DNA of 5,362 nucleotides from a virus (Duplodnaviria; Heunggongvirae; Uroviricota; Caudoviricetes): IMG/VR virus record IMGVR_UViG_2617270946_000017; one strand, 5' to 3'. Shown piece by piece: positions 1 to 4,694 of this stretch (position 1 is its first letter; each line of letters starts with the position of its first letter). The notes under the pieces were generated by a model. It saw only the letters and a program-made list of their open reading frames with translations, ran no database searches and was not told where the DNA came from. The position numbers and the translations under genes were made by a program.

Positions 1-326
1 TTATGCCTGGACAGTATGCATCAGACCGGCCATTTCATCTTTTACTGACTGAACTTGTGGCCCGATAACAACCTGCAGGTTATGTTGATTAAGTTGTACT
101 ACGCCAATTGCCCGATTGTCCTTCAGTGCCTGCACATTAACAAGCGACATATCTTTCACAGACAAACGCAGACGGGTAATGCAGTTATCGAGGCTGACAA
201 TATTGTCGGCACCGCCTAATGCTTCGAGGATTGCAGGAACGTTGTAACCTGATTTACCCGGCGCACCGGCAACGGCTTTTTCGATTGAGCTGGCAACTTC
301 GCTATCGCGCCCCGGGGTTTTCAGAT
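1..326 (-). pseudogene. 3' fragment of a PTS glucose-family EIICB gene (linker plus EIIB domain, about 108 codons with native stop at 1-3), cut off from its EIIC part by the prophage insertion
   Basis: Minus-strand translation gives ...LKTPGRDSEVASS...LGGADNIVSLDNCITRLRLSVKDMSLVNV...GVVQ...QVVIGPQVQSVKDEM...; the LGGxxNIxxxDxCxTRLR block with the phospho-Cys and the KTPGRD linker are typical of EIIB(Glc) domains as in PtsG/MalX-type proteins (recalled, not searched). The six-frame ORF 1-477 continues upstream into non-EIIC-like basic sequence that crosses the predicted element terminus, so that part is read-through rather than native gene. Confidence 0.6.
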
Positions 327-469
327 TGAAGCGGGTGATAGTATAGCGCGGCGATTTTTTTGATACCGATTTGCATTTCATTTGATACCGCTGAAAAACG
401 CCGATACGCAACTTATTTGATACTAAATCGGCGCTTTTCTTTTGAGTTTTAGAATGAGTTTTTAAGCGT
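327..469 (-). mobile_element. Right terminal region of a Mu-like transposable prophage: element terminus at 327 (plus strand 5'-TGAAGCGG..., i.e. ...CCGCTTCA-3' on the phage strand) with internal candidate transposase-binding repeats
   Basis: The non-coding stretch between the mom stop (470) and the host EIIB homology ends with the same terminal octamer I recall for the Mu right end (TGAAGCGG/CCGCTTCA). TTTGATACCG occurs at 359-368 and 381-390 (exactly 22 bp apart, the unit length of MuA-type end-binding sites), with a TTTGATACTA copy at 416-425 and CCGATACGC at 401-409. The exact boundary is inferred, not proven. Confidence 0.5.
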
Positions 470-1207
470 TCATTCACTCTCTTTCAAACCAGTTTTAACT
501 GTTTGTGGTTTTGGGTAAGGCTGGACTTTGAATAGCTTTGTGTTAAGGCGTTTTCTGGCTCTCTTGTCCAGAAACCGGATGTAACGAAACTGACGGAATT
601 TATGAACACTGGCTCTGTCGATATTAGCCCGCAGATGTTCACCTCGCTGTCCTCCTCGTTTGATTGCATTCTTGCAAATCTCGTGATACCACTCGCCATC
701 AAGTTCATAGAATGTTGTTTCATGACTGCCTACATAATCAAAATTGCTTGCCTGGTACACGACACCAAGACAGCCACAACGCTCATCTGCAAACGACTGA
801 ACCCACTGCACCTGCGGATAAAGTTGTCTGATTAGTTTGAGCGCGTAACTGATTGCCCTTGATTCGGAGTTTCTCGGCATACAGTCATGCAGCCATAACC
901 GGTTAAGCTCCATATATTCGCGGTTCTGCGTGCCAGTTACGACGCGTGCACCATTGTTTGGATTAAGGGCATAACCCCATTGCATTACGCCAACCAGCTC
1001 CCGTTCTGAAAATATGCCCAGATGAAGGTAGGAATTATTTACGAAACGATGGCTGTAATGTTTATTGACGACGACCAGCCGGGCCAGCCAGCAACTTATT
1101 GTCTCAACCCGTAACTCACGGGAGCCATAACCGACGATATTGTCGTTATAGTGAATAAGTTCAGGCGTGCTGATGATACGGGATGTAACTTGCTTTCTGT
1201 TCCCCAC
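470..1207 (-). CDS. mom: Mom-like DNA-modification (anti-restriction) protein, about 245 aa, proposed GUG start at 1207-1205
   Basis: Sits immediately 3' of, and overlaps by 47 nt, a Com-like zinc-finger ORF, which is the Mu com-mom arrangement. The long open frame has no in-frame ATG between 1367 and 985; the GTG at 1207 is preceded by AAGGAA (8-nt spacing) and gives a size close to Mu Mom (about 231 aa, recalled). Identity rests on synteny and size, not alignment. The frame is open up to 1402, so the true start is uncertain. Confidence 0.6.
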   Translation of the reverse strand: MGNRKQVTSRIISTPELIHYNDNIVGYGSRELRVETISCWLARLVVVNKHYSHRFVNNSYLHLGIFSERELVGVMQWGYALNPNNGARVVTGTQNREYMELNRLWLHDCMPRNSESRAISYALKLIRQLYPQVQWVQSFADERCGCLGVVYQASNFDYVGSHETTFYELDGEWYHEICKNAIKRGGQRGEHLRANIDRASVHKFRQFRYIRFLDKRARKRLNTKLFKVQPYPKPQTVKTGLKESE

Positions 1208-1361
1208 GACAGGATTTCCTTGTGTATGTGGGGTGCTCTGTGGCGCTCTGAGATGTGATTTGATTGAGGGTTTTACAGCGCGGACATTTAACTTCCAGAT
1301 AACTGAAGCTGGCTCGTGCCAGTAGCTTGTTACAATGTCGGCACCGTATGTTTCGATACAT
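1161..1361 (-). CDS. com: Com-like zinc-finger translational activator of mom (66 aa)
   Basis: Translation [34 protein letters not shown]... has a CxxC-(15)-CxxC zinc finger and the RC..CNKLL / CPRCK pattern of Mu Com as recalled (MKSIRCKNCNKLL...CPRCK). AGGAGG (1377-1372) lies 10 nt upstream of the ATG at 1361. The 3' end overlaps the mom start, as in Mu. Confidence 0.75.
   Translation of the reverse strand: MYRNIRCRHCNKLLARASFSYLEVKCPRCKTLNQITSQSATEHPTYTRKSCRGEQKASYIPYHQHA
1202..1233 (-). promoter_or_regulatory. Candidate translation-inhibition stem-loop sequestering the mom start codon (RNA: CCCCAC - 20-nt loop containing AAGGAA - GUGGGG)
   Basis: On the minus strand there is a perfect 6-bp inverted repeat CCCCAC (1233-1228) / GUGGGG (1207-1202). 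The GUG is the proposed mom start and the AAGGAA SD is in the loop, matching the Mu model in which Com binding opens a hairpin occluding the mom start. Confidence 0.4.
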
Positions 1362-1617
1362 GGCCGCATAACCTCCTGCTTTGTTGTTGATATCTTTATC
1401 ACTCAATCGATCGACAAAAACGATCGATTTGATTTATTTAATTGATACAACAAATAACACGAAATGTCATTAGCGAAAATTTATGAGTTTGATCACTAAT
1501 TTTAAACGGTGCTGTAACGCATAAGTGCTGAATGATTGTACATTTGAATACCGCAAAGCAAACAAATCAACTAATTTATAGAAGTCAATTGGTTAATTGC
1601 CAGCGTAAGAGGCTGCT
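1362..1617 (-). promoter_or_regulatory. AT-rich divergent intergenic control region upstream of com-mom with three GATC (Dam) sites; candidate Dam/activator-dependent mom promoter region, also the likely promoter region for the divergent ORF at 1618
   Basis: GATC at 1409-1412 and 1422-1425 (both within CGATCG) and at 1491-1494. Only weak sigma70-like hexamers with non-optimal spacing on the minus strand (for example TTGTCG - 19 bp - TATCAA near 1417-1387, or TTGTTT - 19 bp - TACAAT near 1565-1535). Mu Pmom is known to be a weak, activator (C protein) and Dam-methylation dependent promoter. Confidence 0.35.
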
Positions 1618-1911
1618 ATGGACAATCATGTAACGACGAGAAATCGAAAAATGATTGAAAATGCGGAAATCTATAATGATTATTTTTCCGATTATTCAGA
1701 TGCCTGCAAATACAGTTCGAGTGCGGGAGAGTTCATATGCTTCAACTTTTTTATTAAATCTTATGTTTTTCCTCCACAGCAAGAAGATGGAGGTGTGCCA
1801 CCTCCTGAAATCACTTTGCACCGTATAGCCTCCGTCTCAATGATGGAGCAACAGGCTAATGAGCTGTATAGCATTCTGGGAACGATTCTACAAAAGCGTG
1901 AATCGGACTAA
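1618..1911 (+). CDS. Hypothetical protein, 97 aa, AT-rich codon usage, no recognisable family
   Basis: ATG at 1618 preceded by AAGAGG (1607-1612) with 5-nt spacing. Divergent from com-mom and convergent with the small-gene cassette. No motif recognised by eye. Confidence 0.4.
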   Translation: MDNHVTTRNRKMIENAEIYNDYFSDYSDACKYSSSAGEFICFNFFIKSYVFPPQQEDGGVPPPEITLHRIASVSMMEQQANELYSILGTILQKRESD

Positions 1912-2046
1912 TGATACCGGTTCATTTGCCTGCCCGGATGGGGAAGCAGGATTGACTGCTCCATAAGCAGCTATATTTCTGAATACGAAATACTATCCAG
2001 CGATTACATATGGCTGGATAGCGGCAAAGATGTTTTCATTAGTGTC

Positions 2047-2072
2047 AAACCGGCAGAGGACACCACCGGTTT
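2047..2072. terminator. Candidate bidirectional terminator hairpin between convergent genes (AAACCGG - 12-nt loop - CCGGTTT)
   Basis: 7-bp stem 2047-2053 / 2066-2072. On the plus strand it is followed by GTATTGTT (U-rich); on the minus strand it lies just after the stop of the 84-aa ORF (2079). The stem is short, so termination would be weak. A second perfect hairpin lies at 1993-2021 (CTATCCAGC - 11 nt - GCTGGATAG). Confidence 0.35.
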
Positions 2073-2078
2073 GTATTG

Positions 2079-2333
2079 TTACATCATGGTACTGTCAGTT
2101 CCGGGCTGAGCCGGGTCTGGTTGCTCTGGCTGCGCGTCGGTTTTCGGCTCATTATCAGCATCACTGGCCGCAACTGCTGGCCCAATAAGTTTTGCCAGCA
2201 CTTCATCAACGTAAGTGTCGATTTGTGCCTCAAAATCCTTGCGGACCTGCGCTTTCAGCAACTTATTTACTTCACCGGAATACAGTGCCTGTTTTACCAG
2301 GTCTTCAGTGACGGTGCCTTTAATTTCTGGCAT
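2079..2333 (-). CDS. Hypothetical small acidic protein, 84 aa (helical N-terminal part, Asp/Glu/Pro-rich C-terminal tail)
   Basis: ATG at 2333 preceded by a near-consensus SD AAGGAGG with 7-nt spacing. About 16 acidic versus 8 basic residues. Lies 35 nt downstream of the 60-aa ORF, suggesting a two-gene operon. Confidence 0.6.
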   Translation of the reverse strand: MPEIKGTVTEDLVKQALYSGEVNKLLKAQVRKDFEAQIDTYVDEVLAKLIGPAVAASDADNEPKTDAQPEQPDPAQPGTDSTMM

Positions 2334-2368
2334 GTATATCCTCCTTATGCGGGAATAAAGCCCTGCAA

Positions 2369-2551
2369 TCAGGGCTGGGTCGGGTCTTTTGGGAGCGGAG
2401 TTACCTGCGCTGTTTTACTGAGTTTTTCAGCTGCTGCGTCCTCAATTTTGCGGCGAACATAATTTCTGATGGCCTTATAACCACCACTCACCAGATATAA
2501 CGCACATACTGCCGTGCAGAAATACAATAAAATAAGCTGTAAAAATGTCAT
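2369..2551 (-). CDS. Hypothetical small membrane protein, 60 aa (one predicted N-terminal transmembrane helix followed by a basic/charged tail)
   Basis: ATG at 2551 preceded by GGAGGG (3-nt spacing). Residues 2-24 (TFLQLILLYFCTAVCALYLVSGG) are hydrophobic, followed by YKAIRNYVRRKIED.... The six-frame call starting at 2563 uses an upstream TTG; the ATG with SD is preferred. Confidence 0.55.
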   Translation of the reverse strand: MTFLQLILLYFCTAVCALYLVSGGYKAIRNYVRRKIEDAAAEKLSKTAQVTPLPKDPTQP

Positions 2552-2646
2552 TATCCCTCCCAATTATTGACATGGTGTTGACACCGGTAATATCTGTTAG
2601 GTAAAAAGGTGCACTGCATTTTTTGCTTTGGATATAACGATCTTTT

Positions 2647-2688
2647 TGCCGCCGGTTTCTTGTTTTCCCTTACCGGCGGCATTTTTTT
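2647..2688 (+). terminator. Strong rho-independent terminator-like hairpin oriented for plus-strand transcription (10-bp GC-rich stem TGCCGCCGGT / ACCGGCGGCA, 15-nt loop, T7 tail)
   Basis: Perfect 10-bp inverted repeat 2647-2656 / 2672-2681 followed by TTTTTTT 2682-2688. On the minus strand the hairpin is flanked by A-runs, so it is not a canonical terminator for the esterase gene that ends at 2696. Confidence 0.55.
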
Positions 2689-2695
2689 ATCCTGC

Positions 2696-4609
2696 TTACG
2701 CGTTATTCACTTCCACCACGATACTGTCAATCAGTACCGGGTAAGTCGCATTTTTAGTGATATCGGTCACGCGCAACTTGTCTGCCGTAAACGTGCCGAC
2801 CGGAGACTGCGACAGCATGAATGGTGTCCCGTCCTTACCATCAATGACCGGCGTCACCTCAATACTGTTGTTACCGGCAAAACGGAAGCCCAGCGTATGC
2901 CATTCGTTATTAAATGCGCCGAATGACCCCAGCTTCGTGTTCTGCGCCGTGTTTCCTTTGTGATACATCACGTTAAGGTCTGTGGCATCGCTCTGTACGT
3001 AGAACGATGCCAGCAGGTCCGCACCATTACCAGCATCATGCTCAAGGTACCAGGGGGCTCTTCCTGTTTCCTTGGTCAGTTTCATTGCCTTACCCCCGCT
3101 GGCTCCGGCATCATCCACGATTTGAGCCTTGCCACCTCCGGCAGCCCAACCCTGTGGTGTCAACCGTCCTTCAGACTCAGATGCCCGGTAAGCAAATAGC
3201 GTACTCATCGTCGTGGTGTCTGCGGGTGGCGTGGACGGTTTTGATGGTGTATCAGGTGACGGCTTCTCATCCGGTGGTGTCACGGTCTGCCCGCGCATCA
3301 GTTCAGCCGTGCGCCCTGCATGGAGCATAATAGCTGAGGCCAGACGGTCTGAAATGACGCCCCTGCGTGCCCATGAGCTGAAATGGCTGTCACGCTGTGT
3401 CGAAACAAAACTGCCCTGGGTTCGGGATGCTGCACCGTAATACCCGACAGCCACAATATCCGGGTCTTCCGCCGGAGCATTCGTTGGCGTGCTCTGTCCA
3501 TTCTCATCCGTCAGGAACGGTACAAAGAAAATTTTCTGTGCTTCCTTGCCTTTGTAGCCACCGTATACTGCCTCATATTTATCGGTGCCAGCGTTTTTCC
3601 AGTAATACGTGGTATCACCGCAAATCCACGGCACCGTGGTGGCATTTCCACTCACGCACTGCGCAGCAAGCGGAGCCAGGTCAGTTCTGAACTGCTGAAC
3701 CATGGTCGTGAATAAACTATTATGCTGCTGGCTTCCTGAGGCAAGGTCTGCCTCTCCCTGCATCCAGACCACAGCCAGAAGTTTGTTTTTCGGGTTTTTC
3801 GCCAGCGCGACTTTGGTGCGGCTTACCAGGTCCTGATACAGAGGTTTACCGGCCCCCCAGCGTGAAGAATCAGCGGAAGCACCGCTGGCCTCACTGAATG
3901 AGCCGTCGGCTCCAGTGGTGAATGCTGACCCGCCACGACAACAGGGCACCAGAAGTATCCCGGCATTCTGTGGGATATAGGGAAGCAGTTTTTTGGCAAT
4001 ATGCAACCCCTGACCGACAGTCCCGTACTGGCCTTTTGCCAGATCAGCTTTCGGGTGGTTTATCCCGCTCATATCCTGAACATCATGCAGGCAGTGGTCT
4101 GCCGGAATGATGTCGTTGTATGTACACGACGTACCGTTGGGCGTTACCGTACTGCGGCGTGCCAGTTGCTTAATGCGTGGGTCCGGGCGGTCAAACGAAT
4201 CCGGTAACGGCAGCCCCTCGCCGTAGGCCATGCCATTTGACTGACCCGCGAGAATGACAACAAAGTAATATTCCGGCTCTGAACTGCTGCCATTCGTGCT
4301 ACCGGAAGGCCCGGCGTTATCCGGTGCATTCCAGTCGGAGGGCGTGAGCGTTCCGGCCACGTCAGATGTGATTGGAATGATGCCAGTCACGCCTGAACTG
4401 GTGATTTCTGCACTGGGATTACCGGATACCGGCATTACCCATAATGGCTCTTTCGTGCTGAAGCGGATCACGCAGTCTGCGAAGGTGATCCCCCCTTTAT
4501 TACCCGAAGGGCGGAAAGGGCTTTCAATAAATGCCACCGTGCCACCGGCAACCTTGACTGAAAACTCTCCGGGCATGGCGGAGAGCATTTTCCACTTGGA
4601 GTCTGACAT
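2696..4609 (-). CDS. SASA/SGNH-family carbohydrate esterase (putative sialate O-acetylesterase-like, prophage NanS-p-like), 637 aa: N-terminal beta-rich domain, central esterase domain, Pro/Ser/Thr linker, C-terminal putative carbohydrate-binding domain
   Basis: GQSN motif (codons at 4235-4246, residues 122-125, in VVILAGQSNGMAYGEG) and WMQGEAD (residues 282-288) are the signature blocks of the SASA-type SGNH esterase family. A DSH triad candidate lies near residue 407. Linker TPPDEKPSPDTPSKPSTPPADTTT (3209-3283) is followed by a roughly 170-aa C-terminal domain. Single long ORF with no internal stops. The ATG at 4609 has only a weak SD. Confidence 0.8.
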   Translation of the reverse strand: MSDSKWKMLSAMPGEFSVKVAGGTVAFIESPFRPSGNKGGITFADCVIRFSTKEPLWVMPVSGNPSAEITSSGVTGIIPITSDVAGTLTPSDWNAPDNAGPSGSTNGSSSEPEYYFVVILAGQSNGMAYGEGLPLPDSFDRPDPRIKQLARRSTVTPNGTSCTYNDIIPADHCLHDVQDMSGINHPKADLAKGQYGTVGQGLHIAKKLLPYIPQNAGILLVPCCRGGSAFTTGADGSFSEASGASADSSRWGAGKPLYQDLVSRTKVALAKNPKNKLLAVVWMQGEADLASGSQQHNSLFTTMVQQFRTDLAPLAAQCVSGNATTVPWICGDTTYYWKNAGTDKYEAVYGGYKGKEAQKIFFVPFLTDENGQSTPTNAPAEDPDIVAVGYYGAASRTQGSFVSTQRDSHFSSWARRGVISDRLASAIMLHAGRTAELMRGQTVTPPDEKPSPDTPSKPSTPPADTTTMSTLFAYRASESEGRLTPQGWAAGGGKAQIVDDAGASGGKAMKLTKETGRAPWYLEHDAGNGADLLASFYVQSDATDLNVMYHKGNTAQNTKLGSFGAFNNEWHTLGFRFAGNNSIEVTPVIDGKDGTPFMLSQSPVGTFTADKLRVTDITKNATYPVLIDSIVVEVNNA

Positions 4610-4694
4610 CGTCTTTTCTGCCTGTTTCTGAATTAAACAGAGTCAGAATAGCGACCGCTGAAAAATATGTGTTTTGCGGAAATTCAAAAAAGCG

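Noticed and set aside
1-477. Six-frame ORF (158 aa) taken as one intact gene overlapping the mom stop
   Set aside because: Only the C-terminal part (about 108 aa, 1-326) looks like a real EIIB domain. The N-terminal approximately 50 aa are basic, low-complexity read-through across the predicted prophage terminus and do not resemble an EIIC domain. Annotated instead as a truncated host gene fragment.
484-835. ORFs 484-723 (minus) and 602-835 (plus) inside the mom region
   Set aside because: Alternative-frame or antisense overlaps of the mom ORF with no RBS or motifs; the mom frame is supported by synteny with com.
470-1402. 310-aa version of the mom ORF starting at the GTG at 1402
   Set aside because: No SD for that start; the AGGAGG at 1377-1372 is positioned for the com ATG. 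A 310-aa Mom would be much longer than Mu Mom. A GTG at 1207 with AAGGAA SD is preferred, though the upstream extension is flagged as a finding.
1161-1406. 81-aa version of com starting at the TTG at 1406
   Set aside because: The ATG at 1361 has a consensus SD at suitable spacing and yields a 66-aa protein of the size and zinc-finger layout of Mu Com. The upstream 15 codons are likely untranslated leader.
2369-2551. Assigning the 60-aa membrane protein to a named type I toxin family (Hok/Gef-like) or to a holin
   Set aside because: Only generic features (one transmembrane helix plus a charged tail) are shared. No family-specific motif was recognised and there is no adjacent endolysin, so it is left as hypothetical.
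2076-2926. Plus-strand ORFs 2076-2462 (128 aa) and 2609-2926 (105 aa)
   Set aside because: Antisense to the two well-supported small minus-strand genes and to the 3' end of the esterase. The second is interrupted by the strong plus-strand terminator hairpin at 2647-2688 shortly after its start. Neither has a convincing RBS.
2696-4609. Interpreting the 637-aa protein as a tail fibre or tailspike of the invertible segment
   Set aside because: It lies on the far side of the invertase gene from the gix site, outside the invertible segment, and lacks the repetitive fibre-like sequence expected. The esterase motifs and linker-plus-binding-domain layout fit a NanS-p-like accessory enzyme better, though a receptor-modifying role is not excluded.
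2757-4631. Multiple plus-strand ORFs of 62-111 aa inside the esterase gene (2757-2963, 2960-3199, 3007-3330, 3213-3440, 3383-3715, 3397-3690, 3922-4110, 4001-4207, 4296-4631) and minus-strand ORFs 3298-3507 and 4144-4329
   Set aside because: All lie within or antisense to a long, motif-bearing 637-aa ORF in a GC-rich region where spurious open frames are expected. None has a convincing RBS or recognisable motifs.
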